A stretch of 64,000 nucleotides of DNA from Eledone cirrhosa (taxonomy: Eukaryota). Position numbers and translations under genes: made by a program. This document shows positions 37,901 to 52,455 of the stretch, piece by piece (the first letter of the stretch is position 1; the number at the start of each line of letters is the position of its first letter). The stretch is taken from contig OZ024742.1 of assembly GCA_964016885.1 (NCBI GenBank), positions 173,352,001-173,416,000 of the forward strand, in the 5' to 3' direction. The notes below the pieces were generated by a model that was not told the origin of the DNA, made no database searches, and saw only the letters and a program-made list of their open reading frames with translations.

Positions 37901-39500
37901 GCACAAAAGTTAAAGCATCTTGAATTTTTTCGAAAAAGAACCGAGGACTTGCTGTAAAAGATGAAGGCAGGATGCACAACAGTCCAATACTATCAGGATC
38001 TGCATCATTGTTCATTCCATCACGAAGGTGAATGTAAGTGTCAGAACGAACTTATTTCTGATTAATTCGAATGAAGCCTAATCTCTCGGACTCCATTTTT
38101 GCAAACATGTCAACTGCAAATTGATTGAAGAGATATTGTGATCGGTGCAGCTGGTTGAAGCAGTTGTCACAGATCATGAATCGGAAAGCGTAAAAATCCA
38201 TACACGTGACAAATTTTGTGGTATGTTCATCTTGGTTTGTGGAATTAATTTGATGAATTCCGAAATGGTATCCATCCTCACCATAAACAAATATTAGCGG
38301 ATACTGGAGTGCGTCGTAAGATCGATGGCTTTCACTTATTCTGTTAAGGCTGTTGTCTCGTCGCTTGATAATAATGTCTCTCTGGTTGTGCTCCTCTCCA
38401 CTAATAACGATGGCTACCTCATTACAAGTAAGTGCATTATACCGGCCCGCATGTTCCCCAGATGGTCTCTCATCAGCGTAAATGACGATATCGTAATTTG
38501 GCGAAGGTGCTTCTTCTAAAGCATACTTGAAGCTTTGAATGTAGCTATTGTTAGAGTGAAGCATGTCTTGGAGGTCAATCAAGAGTCCAGTTTAGTGTCT
38601 GAAGTGTACGATTGCCGTAGATCTGTTTGCTGATGACAGTTAACAATAAAGTAAACCTGTACAAATTGTGGCTCTTCTGTAGGCAACGGTTGCAGTGATC
38701 CAATGAGATGATACAGCTGGCCCTGTACTTTGAAAGTCGGCATAAATCCATCTTCCTTCAGACGTTTTGCACCGAAAGAGGTCATTTGAAACGCAATATT
38801 GTACTGTCGGATATGCTTCATAAAATCACGTGATTGTGAATGCTTACCTGTTAGAAGCATCTGGAGAGGTTGCGGTGGTTCCCTAAGGGTGGGGAAATTA
38901 ACCTTACCACTGGAGCAGCACATTCCAGCCGATTCTACCGCCCACTTTTTAGCTTTACAATGTTGGCAAGTATTTGACATGGGATATATTTGAATATCAG
39001 GATGGATTTGATAATTTACATTAGGGTCATAATTAACTGCTTATGGTACCATCATGAGCGTGATGCCTTTGAAATACGCCGCGATAAAGCTCTACGTTGA
39101 GCGTTACCCTCCAACCTAATAGCTCGGCTTGTCACAGTCTCTACAGCTCGTACCGTAGCAGTAGCTGAAGCATTTCTCAATTGGCGACTTTGATGTTCTT
39201 GCTCAGTCTCAATTGCTCTTGCTGCAACATTAGCTGAAGCATTACGCGCCCGGCGTGTTTCTTATTTTTGTACTGTCTCTGCAGATCTTGCTGCAGCAGT
39301 AACTGTAGCATCCATAGCAAGGCGTGTTTCACGTTGCTCTCTAGTCTCTTCAGCTCGTGCTGCAGCTGTTGCTTTAGCATTATGGGTTCGCCGCACTAAC
39401 CGACGCTCAGCGGTGGACAAAGATGTTGCAATAACTGTACTCACCGCATTTTGTGATTGTCTATTTTCGGTTATCGGCGGAGCGTCATTTACACGCATTG
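34915..39500 (-). pseudogene. Helitron Rep/PIF1 helicase, fragmented
   Basis: N-terminal ETREQRETRL-type repeats; CQHC..CC..GK; YDALQYP; HUH motif EWQKRDLPHAHIL; Walker A PGGTGKT; IVWDEC; AMSINKSQGQT; FSHGQFYV..SRV; KNIVYPEVL. Confidence 0.9.
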
Positions 39501-39753
39501 TTTTCTTCGACCGAGAGGTCAAATTCCGAGAGCCAATATGTGCATATTTCCTTTTATATTTGGTGAAAAATTGTAAAGTCAAAATGTATGGATTGAAGCT
39601 TTACAGTAAAATTAAAAATATACTGGCAAAACTTAAAAATCCTTTGAATAACTACATCCTGTTCAGTATGTTCCTCATTGTCAAAAAGGTTTGATGTGTA
39701 CGAATACAGCTGGAAGCATAGATAATGCCTGCCTCAAATGTGGACGAAATTAC

Positions 39754-40225
39754 TTTAAAAATGTAAAAGTTGTGGGTCCTAATGTTTTGAATGGAGAGTC
39801 CCATAAGGATTGTTCTAAAATGAAACAAACCATCATCAAAATATCGTCAATTCGAGACTGCTGCAAGATTAGGCCCTTGCCGCGAAAATTAACACTTAAT
39901 ATAGTGAAACAAGTTAAAACAACAAGTGTTCTTTTAACTTTGAAAGAGCAACACATTTTTTTTTGTATCAATATGGCTTATGAAAGTTTTAAAAATGTAA
40001 AAGTTGTAGGTCCTAATGGTTTGAATGGAAAGACCCATAAGGATTGTTCTAAGAATAAATAAACCATCATCAAAATCTCGTCAATTCGAGACTGCTGCGA
40101 GATTAGGCCCTTACAGCGAAAATTAACACTTAATATAGTGAAACAAGTTAAAACAACAAGTGTTTTTTTAACTTTGAAAGTGAAACAAATTTTTTTTTTT
40201 CTGTATCAACATGGCTTATGAAAGT
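39754..40225. repeat. Tandem duplication, two units of about 234 bp
   Basis: tttaaaaatgtaaaagttgt...atggcttatgaaagt repeated twice with scattered differences. Confidence 0.9.
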
Positions 40226-40421
40226 AGCGATACCGACATTGAAGGTTTTACACACAACGACACTCAGAGTAAACAAGAAACAAACGATAATATTAGTGAT
40301 TTCTCTTCAAATGAATCTGATGTTTGTATTTCTGAAATTACGTCCGACGATGATTCTTGTTTTGAAAGTGAAAACGAACGTCTCCCCCCTCTCACTCACT
40401 TTATAATGATTGTCAATAATT

Positions 40422-41990
<1,569 letters not shown>

Positions 41991-42062
41991 ACTGGGTGTA
42001 ATATATATCGTTTCTGAATTTGATTAGCAAGATTTTCTATCTGAAAACGTGTGTTGAAACCG

Positions 42063-42838
42063 ATATTGTTATGCTTTGGGAGGGTCATGTTGCCAACAAG
42101 AACAGATGCACCAATGCTTTCACTCCAATTTATTATAAATTAAAGCAAAAGATGTAATGAAGGACAATGTAAAGATAAGGATATAGTGTACAGAGGTGAG
42201 GCAGCTCGTAGCATAGGAGAAAGGTTAAATGACCACTGGCGAGAACTTCAAGATAAAAAAGAATCATCAATACTCCACCAACATGCAAAAATAGAACATA
42301 AGGGCAAATTAGAGAACATAGAAATAAAAATAGAATCTACACACAGAAAAGACGCAATGTTTAAACAAATCACAGATTCAATAAACATAAATGAACACCA
42401 ACCAAAATTAAATAGAAAACATGAATGGTGTAGCAACATCAGAACTTACAGTTGAGGACAAAATAAAAACACACATAGAACAAACAACTAAGTAGTAACA
42501 TGTAAAGAAACAAATAAATAAACAAATAAAAACACACACAGACACCCGGATGTAACACATGCGCAAACTAAGCACACAACACACACAAAAACAAGTTGGC
42601 GTAGGACAAAACAAAGGAGAGTTACAAAGCAAAGAAAAGAATCCCCAGTCACTGATGAGGGCACATAATGTGTGACGAAAGAACTTTGACAATATATGAA
42701 CAACCGTCCGGTTATGGAACCAACCAACCAACCGGTAATTTATAGATTCTTAAATTCATAAATTTAATTTATAATAAAATGGAGTGAAAGCAATTGGTGC
42801 ATGTGTTTCTTATTGGCAACCTGACCCTCCCAAAGCAT

Positions 42839-42846
<8 letters not shown>
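42063..42846 (+). mobile_element. Penelope-like 3' fragment with inverted terminal duplication
   Basis: GIY-YIG remnant YRGEAARSIGERLNDH..SILHQH (42186-42455); hammerhead; ~82 bp inverted repeats at 42063-42144 and 42762-42846; abuts (TA)n. Confidence 0.8.
42648..42690 (+). ncRNA. Minimal type I hammerhead ribozyme
   Basis: gtca CUGAUGA gg gcaca-uaa-ugugu gac GAAA g aa c UU ugac: 4-bp stem I, intact core, imperfect stem II, 2-bp stem III. Confidence 0.65.
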
Positions 42847-42910
<64 letters not shown>

Positions 42911-44791
42911 CCAAATATTAATATGGTTCATTGATTACTCAATGAATATAGTTTTACAATAGATGAAAAGCACTAAAACAGCACGTGCTGTGACCAGTCG
43001 CGGGAATGGCGCCCACAGACTGGTCGGTCAAGGTGATCAAGGAGATATGTATATATATATTTATATATATGTATATATATATATATATGTATGTGTGTGC
43101 GTGTGTGTGCGTGTGTGTGCGTGTGTGTGTGTATGTGTGTGTGCGTGCGCGCAAGCGTGTGTGTGTATGTAAATAGGGAGACAATGTGACCGAGAGTGGA
43201 GAGTAATGCTTAGAAGATTTGTTCCCCATTTTTTGTCTTAGAACTATTTCTTTTTTATCAATACAACGTAAAAACTATTACGTTTTTGAAAGAGTGTAGT
43301 ATTTGTCTGTGACAGTCGGATAATAAGCCTATGTAGCTATTGTAATATAGATTTTGCTCCTATTGTTATATTTCTACAACCTGTAAACCAATGACCTTTT
43401 CCCCAGCTAATATCACCTACATGCAAAACTAGTTCCACTAATAAAAAAAAGTAATCCCATATCCGTCATTGTTTATACTAGATTGGGCTCTTTAACAGTA
43501 TAACAATACCGCGCAAATCTTCCTTATGCGTGATTACCGACTACTTGTTTTATAGAAGATTCAGCCGTATGCCATTATCTATTTTCCCATTTCCACAAGC
43601 ATTTTTTTTTCGAGAATAATAATTATTGTTCCACTGTTTATGCTATCGTTATTAATGTGTATATTTATTCTTGAATCTGTGGCTCATATCAATGAGTTGT
43701 AGGGTTTTCCTGCTGTCGTTCTCCTCCTTAATGCTGTTATTTTCGCTGCTTTTTTTTCTCTAGCATCACCATCCTAGTTGTTATTTTTGTTGTTGTTATA
43801 GCCATTATAATAAATGTTTACATTACTATTATATATTTTCGTTTTTTAATAGTGTCATTATCTTTCATGTCCATGTTTTTATCGCTACTGCTGTTAATGT
43901 TACAATAGTTGCTGTTATTTAGGCTAATGTTTATAATACACACGCTAACAGTTCTATCTTTCTCTCCCTGGAAACCTGGCGTTGCCAGACACTGTTATGG
44001 TGGTAACCCCCTCCTAATATGACGATCACAGCCTTTAGGAAAGGGATTACATTCTTAAATGCCAAAAACATCATTAATTGATCTTTCCTCAGCTTTTTAG
44101 ATGTAATTATTTCTTTACGTATTTTTAATATAATAATAATGTGATAAGGACACACAAATCGAATTCATGCAAGCTATATGTGCAAGAAACCTCTTTGTAG
44201 ATGAGCTGAGACACATCAACAAATGATGTGACTTGTCTCTGGGTGCCTCGATTTTTTTTTTAATATGACAGCAACAAAACATATACAATGAAATACACCG
44301 TACGTTATCTAACATATATATTATAATAATCAAAGTAAACTATTTAGGACAACCTTATCTATGTTGTTAAATCCCACAGCAACAATAATAATTCCTAACA
44401 TGAGTATACGTCCAAATGGAAACATAGTTTGATCCCTTAAAACCAACATTCGTAATGTATCGTTGTTACGGATTACTCCTTTGGGTGACGGTGTCTTATC
44501 AGGAGGCGAGATCTCAAGCAGGAAAGAGCAGATACAAATAGATATACTTTGATATAAAACTCCACCAATAACAACAATGGTATGTTAGTTGTCGACCCTC
44601 GAAACTACGAAAGCCAATGATGACACGAATTGAAACTATAAGTGACGAGAACAGGAAAAAATACAGCAAATAATTTATATATATATATATATACATACAT
44701 ATATATATGAAAATTAGAGCTAAAACTCAATTGGAACCCTGCAACTATTAAGCTCTAAGTATAAAGTATAAATAAATACTGAGCCGATTAA

Positions 44792-44979
44792 TAATATATA
44801 GTAAGAAACACAGTAAACCGTGTGTCTAAAATTACAAGGGTTGAAATATTTAACCATATGTGGTTAAATATTTGGTTAAATATTTGGTTAAATATTTGGT
44901 TAAATATTTCAAACATATGTGGTTTTTCAACCCTTGTAATTTTAGACACACGGTTTACTGTGTTTCTTACTATATATTA
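44792..44979. repeat. Long palindrome: 55-bp perfect arms around a 12-bp tandem repeat
   Basis: Arms 44792-44846 and 44925-44979; spacer contains (tggttaaatatt)x4. Confidence 0.9.
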
Positions 44980-45158
44980 CATACATATATATATATATAT
45001 ACGTACATACATACGTATCTAAATTTGCGCATGCAATATATTCTACAAATCCTACCTATGTTACACGTGTCGTTTCTCACTTACTCTCACTCCACGTCTG
45101 TATTTACATGTAACTGTATTCACATATATAGAGAGAGCAAATCTTCACTCATTATCAT

Positions 45159-45264
45159 CCGTCCACGGTTAACTTTGCCTTTTATCATTACGGGGTCGAT
45201 AAAATAAGTACCAGTAACACACTGGAATAATTGCTGGCCTTGTGCCAAATGTAGAAACAATTAT
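45159..45264 (+). mobile_element. 5'-truncated SINE
   Basis: Core actttgcctt..tacggggtcgataaaataagtaccag and tail ggccttgtgccaaatgtagaaacaatt; attatcat on both sides. Confidence 0.8.
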
Positions 45265-46041
45265 CATATAGAGTAAGTGAACTTTTAGTTGAAGCAGCTT
45301 CATCGCTTACTATATAATTATTCTAAATCAATTTGCAACATTTCGACCTTCTAATTAGTTTCGACATCTCAATTTATTCAAATGCCTGTAGAATAATATT
45401 CCTGCAATATAATACCTTCATGGGATCCCTTTCAAATATTATATTTCTACTAATTACCAAGATGCCGTAATTAGGCAAAAAATGTGTATTCTTAATGTGA
45501 CCTTATATTAGTAGAAATTTCTCACGAGTAAATGTTTGCTTAACACATTTTGCTCTCATTGCAATGTATCCAATATTTCAACAGTTGCTTGCCAATATTT
45601 CTACATGACATTCAACAGAAATTTATCGAGATCAATATGTGGGATACAAGGAAGCTACATCTGGGTTATTGTTTCTTGCTATGAATTTAACTCAAGCCAT
45701 GTGTTTCTAACTGGGATAGTTATCTTTTTATTATAACTCAAATGAGTAATATCTATGTTGATATTTCAGGGAGACAAAGATCCTCAAATAACGTTGTATA
45801 TCTTTGCAAAACACATTACATAATGTAGAAGGAAATGCCAAGGCTCGAATACCCAAGAAATTCAATAATAGATCTGTTCACTGAGGACTGAACTTGGTCT
45901 AAAGTACAACGGAGCTAATGACTACCATATTATATTGTTATTTTTGCTCTGTGTTTAAATGTTTATACATATATATACAGTCCATTTTACATTCTATCGC
46001 CTTCTATCGCTTTCGACGTTATGTATATAATAGAATATAAT

Positions 46042-46226
46042 TGTTTCTACGTTTGTCACAAGGCCAGCAATTAACCAGTGTATTACTGGTACTTTATTTT
46101 ATCGACACCGTACGGATGAAAGGTAAAGTTAACCTCGGCGGGATTTGAACTCAGAATAGTAAGGGCCGTAACTATGCTAGAAACATGGCGTCCAACCCTC
46201 TTCTGATACTGCCAATTCACCGCCCT
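46042..46226 (-). mobile_element. Full-length tRNA-derived SINE with 14-bp TSD
   Basis: TSD taatagaatataat at 46028-46041 and 46228-46241. Confidence 0.9.
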
Positions 46227-46281
46227 TTAATAGAATATAATATAATATTAGTTATAACTATTTTATACATAACTACTCAAT

Positions 46282-46744
<463 letters not shown>

Positions 46745-47059
46745 ATATATATCTCTATATATATATATATATATAATAACTAGAAATTGATTAACATATA
46801 AATAAATTGTGATTATTTATTTTTATTTATGTTAATCAATTTATAGTTATTATAAAATGCTCGGACCTACTCGTTAGAATCTTAAAGCTTATTTTGCAGG
46901 TGATATGGCGCATGTCTTTCTGGCATGACACCCATAATTTTGATTTAGATTAAATTCGTTTGAGTTATCGTAATTTTGGATATAAATATATATATATATA
47001 TAAGAGTATGCCATGAACGTAATATTAAGAGAGTATATATAGTATGGACCACCTTTCGT

Positions 47060-47470
47060 TTCGACGATATGTGTTCCATTTACTCGATCAACGAAACAAC
47101 CTGCTAATTAACGTACGTGGCTGAGAAATCCCCACACATTTGGATACACACACACACACCCACACACACATACATCCCACCCCCACACACATACATACAC
47201 ACACGCATGCATACACATACACACACACACATGCAATTTTAATGTAATTCTTAGGGATATTCTGCGTAGCATTGTTTATGTTAAAACTGGCATTTTGTAT
47301 TACAGCTACAGTCTATCCGACGGGCTCTCAAACAGTTTCCGTCTACCCACTTTCACAAGCCATTAATTGATTCGGGACTATGATAAATGACATTAGTCGA
47401 AATGCCACGCACTGGGATCGAACCCGGAGTCTAATGAGTTCGAAGCCAGCTTCTTACTAATTCGATCATA
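47060..47470 (-). mobile_element. Old SINE-like repeat, second family, with internal (CA)n
   Basis: Reverse B-box gccacgcactgggatcgaacccgg at about 47404-47427; body similar to 28380-28740. Confidence 0.5.
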
Positions 47471-48329
47471 CGATGACCACTAAGCGATTTTACAATTTTA
47501 AATAATGTATTAGGGGACGTTGAAAATGTCCGGCGGTGTCCTGAATAGAAAGGATCGGTAAATACACGCTTAGAACGTACCGTAAGGCAAGACTTTCATC
47601 ATGATCGATAAAAACTAAAAAGCTTATTAACCGAACTGGGGTGAAAATTATCCCCCACCATCAAACTCTCAGGTAATATGTGTAACATCGACAATTCCAT
47701 TTAGTCACGAAAAGTTGGATTTCTTTTGCAATAATTATTTGTGGGGTGTGTAGTTATTTATCGTATCAGGAAAAATAATATTTCCATATCAAATGTTCAC
47801 CAGTATCTACGAACTAACCACAGACCCTCTGCGGGTTCCCTGGATGCAATAATCATTGCTATTTCACGAAATATGTGTTTGGAGACGGTTTTAAATCGGA
47901 TTCAGAATGGTTAATTCCATTTTCGTAAAATATGTGGTATACAATATGTGATATAGTCAGTGGTACTTCTAAAAGGAAGAGGGTTACACCTAAAAGATAT
48001 TCTATGATACATGAGTACAATAGGATTTGAGCATGGGCTAATCCAAATTAATAACAGCTCCTCCCTCATACATATTTTTGCAACATTAAGTGCAATCTGA
48101 TGTAGAGTCAACTTTGTGTTGCAATCTGGTCTGTGGCGATAAATCTCTGTGAATAATTAAACTGTGCACAATGTTTCAGATATATGGAGCTATTATTGCA
48201 TGTATGAATGGTCCTGTAACTCATGAGCAACTCGTAGGGGTGACGTATTGATATACAGCGTGTCTAGGGCATTTAGAATCCTATCTCAATCAGAAGAGGA
48301 ATATTCGAAGAGCAATCCATTCCACCTCC

Positions 48330-48419
<90 letters not shown>

Positions 48420-49195
48420 CTTTACTGTCATGCATTAATGGAACGCGGTAAATACAGCTCAGCATTAGGTAACAACACGCGATAACGACAACATTTATTT
48501 TTTCTCATTTTGTCGTTGAGATAGCAAATTCTATGAATATTAATACTTATATGGAAGGTATTGTTATAGTAGAAACCTCAACGTGCAAGAACTTAATATA
48601 CTTCATTGAATTGATATTCTCCTTTAGTATAACAATTAAATTTACGAATATTGACGAATTCCTGTGGGATTGTATCAGGAAAAAATAATTAAATCAATAA
48701 AATTCAAGGAAAAATTTCAACTATATGTAGCACATTATGCACACTTTAAAGTACAAATTACCCCCAGACGTGAAGTATTGATACTAAGGCTTTTTCATTG
48801 GTGCGCATGCGCAACGTGTAATACACTTATCATTTTTATTTTTGCTGATCAAATATTTTATTTTCATTTTCCTCGGTGGCATGTCGAATATATACATACG
48901 ATTGCTACAACAATTATGGCGGATGCATTCGGCGATATTGGTAGCACTACCAGAACATCGAATTTCACGAGGAGGTAGTTCTGTTGATTGAGTCAACTGG
49001 AGGACTTGTAATCCAAAACAACGGTTAGACGCAGCAGAAATTAGTAAAATTGTATTGCGCGTTTGTGTTTGTGTGTGTGTGCGTGTGTGTGTGTGTATGT
49101 GTGTGTGTTTATCTCTCCGTTATAATATACGAGCAGTTACGGAAAGATCTTTCTAGAAATAACAAGTTTAAATTTGATAATTTGTTTACTAGAAT

Positions 49196-49396
49196 GGTTT
49201 CTGATTTAGGCACAGCGCCAATAATTTTGAGGGAAGGGAAGTCAATTAAATCGACCCCAGTGTATTACTGGTGCTTTATGTTATCGACCACGTAAGGATA
49301 AAAGGCAAAGCTAACATCGGGTAGATTTGAACTCAGAACGTAAGCGCCGTAAAGCATGCTGGTCGACGCTCTACCGATACTGCCAAGCCACCACCC
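49196..49396 (-). mobile_element. tRNA-derived SINE with degenerate TSD
   Basis: Core and A/B boxes present; ttactagaat at 49186-49195 and 49406-49415. Confidence 0.85.
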
Positions 49397-52396
49397 TAAA
49401 ATCGCTTACTAGAATAAGACGACGCTTTGGTTTTACCTACCCTGCACTGTTTATGCGGAGGGAAGTTATTTGTCCGAAGATATACTATGTTATAGATTTC
49501 ATATTCATATGTTCTTATTTGCTTTTTCTAAATTGATAAACAGAAGATATTTTGCTAGTATTGAAGATAAGTTGTCCTTTATGCAGGCCGCTTGATTTTC
49601 ATTCTAAAGATACTAGTTCAGGTCAATTTTATTACATCTTTCTTTCATAATTGTTTTTAATACATTACTTTACACATCCCTGTATCAGAGCTAATATTGT
49701 ATTTGAACCAATAATACTTTCGCGGCTAATGTAATTAACCAATTTCAAACATTGCAGTGTCTCTTCTTGCAATGTTTGTTATTCAATACATATACATTGT
49801 AAATAGTAACGGATCACTAGAACGGAAAAGGAAGGCGGGTGAAGGAAACAAATAAAAATATCGACAAAACTGAAAACTAAGAAATAAAATAAAATTGGAA
49901 AAGTTGGAAAAGATGGAAAATAGGAGTAAGTGGCAATTTGAGAATCCCAATTGAAAAAAACTACATGCTTGTAATGTTATTGTCAAATGATGGGATTTGC
50001 AAAGGAACAAGTATTCTGATAACCGATTTATATAAACACATGATTGAAGGCGACATTGTAACGATCGGTGAATATTATGGAAAACATGTCTTTGAGCCAA
50101 TAATTAAAGCGAGAACTTTTGACATCTCTGTGTTATTCACCCTCATGCCTTTGAATTTTCCAGTTCGAGTGGATTTCAGAATGACAGTCGATAAATCTCA
50201 CTGTCAGTAATTGAGGAAAAATATGGCAGTTCCTCCAAACCGATATATTTTCCACATAGACAATTGTATGTAGTTCTGTCAAATAATACACAGTTGAGCG
50301 AAGTATTGTAATAATATAAAAAAAGAAGCTACCAACATTTCGTACATTACAATTTTCTATTATTGAAATATTCTAGGGTTGTTAATTGGGGAAATCGTTA
50401 GAGGCGTCTGAGAAAATATATTTAGTTACTGATTTTTTGCCTTTTGAGTTCAAGTCTCGTCGACGTCAACGTTACCGAACTTTTTTTTATTTTTCGGGCT
50501 CGGTAAAATAAAATAGCAGATTTGTAAGCTAATATTTTCCAAGTATTGAAAGCACTTAGAAATATACAGCTAATAAATGAAGTGCAGGGAAAATTATCCC
50601 TTTAATTTCCGTCTCTTCCTGTGTCTCTCTTAGATTTGGTGAAAGATTCCTCGCTGTTAAGTATGTGTGAGACCGCCAGATATGGGAGACGATCTGATGA
50701 AAATCTGAAATGTCAGTTGATTGAAACTCCAGCACTTATTTAAAGAAATGACCTCATTCTGTTTGTTTTATTTCCAACAGGAATAACCTATCATCTCAAG
50801 GAAAACACTTAAACCACTCTTTCCTGTTTCGACTTTAAGTTGATTTTTGTTTTTATCTGTGAAGCTTCCTTCCTTGCTAGAATGATGATTCAAAATAATT
50901 ACGGGTAGCAGTCCTAAAGACTGGATGATGATATGAGAATGTCAGCCCTCTGAAATAAGACCCGAGATGCCATGAGACATAAACAGGCACATGTTTCCAA
51001 TTAATATAATAATGAAAGAATTTGTATTCCTTCATAGTTTTAATTTAATATGTTGTCTTATACAAGTTATACATATTAAAGACACATGACTTAATGGTTA
51101 GAATGTGTGACACAGGATCGCTGGTTCGATTCTAAGGGAGGATGGAATGTTGTGCTCTTGGCACAAATATTTGATTTTGTTGCAACTCACAGATAGTATC
51201 AGCAATATGTAATAACAGTAGAAACATTGTTTCCTTCGATCGATCAAAGAATCGGCGGCTTACTTTCTTGTATACACTGTGTAAATAGATAACTACAACA
51301 TTGTTTTCTTTATACACAACGATATGAGTGATATTACTTCATACACAATTTTATAACGCTAGACTGTTAGTTCTCGTAGTTTCATTGAATAGATTAAAAT
51401 ATATACAGAACATTGTACTTACAACAATACTGCTGGTGCGACAATGCAATGCCATAAAATCTTTGCACTTACACAGCTTTATCCCTGTAATATATGTACA
51501 CACTTTGTGAGTGAAATTAATGTTTACAGCGATCCGAGCTGCACGTTAATATTCCAAAAGACCAAGGCGTTGCATGTGTATTATTTGTCAAGATGCTATA
51601 CAAGCACCCATCACTATCGGAAACCAAATCCATTACTAGCTTCCTGTTATAGAAAGAATCCCACATAAAACATGCCTGAAATGCTGTGATAATTTATTCT
51701 GTGAGCCGGGTATAGAAAACAGAAGATGGAAGGTGTTAGCAAAGTCAATATTTGAGGATATGCAGCCATATACAAACTATTGAAGTAGGTGCTGTACATT
51801 ACATCGCTTAGAACATTCTCGATGGAATACATATCTGTAGAGATGATAGACTGTTGTATGTTGGACGTACATACAAACGTCACGCGTTAACTCCAGTATG
51901 TGCAATACAAGATGTTCAGGGGTGATTTCCACAACTGATGAAATAATAATCTATATAATTATATTTGTACATCATTTTTGTTCATCTGTCAGAAGAACGC
52001 TATAGTCTATCAACAACGTTCTAATATTTTTATTTAGAATTTATGAAACCCAAATGTAAGATATAACTAGGCCAAATGTTTCAGGTTGTTTCTACTAACA
52101 TCAGAAATGTGTAATTTGTGTAGCTCACTCCATTTATTTCTCTCTCTCTCTCTCTAGCTCTCTCCCCCTCTCTCTCTCTCTCTTTCTCTCTGTCTCACTC
52201 TCCCTCTCTCTCTTTCTATCTATCAGTCTATCTCTCTCACTCTCTCTCTAACTACCAACTTACATATACATACATATATACATACGTACTTATATACAGA
52301 AATACATATATAAGTGTGTGTGTGTATGCATACATGTATTTATGCATGTGCATATCTATTTATGTATATATGTAAGTATATATATATGTATGTAAG

Positions 52397-52455
<59 letters not shown>

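Larger units (their letters stand above)
34440..40225 (-). mobile_element. Helitron (decayed autonomous copy; 5' end approximate)
   Basis: 3' end ccctgggcaacgccggg hairpin then CTAG|T at 34440-34468; Rep-helicase fragments upstream. Confidence 0.85.

Noticed and set aside
44860-44910. CRISPR-like array
   Set aside because: Direct 12-bp tandem repeat without spacers in eukaryotic DNA; no cas genes.
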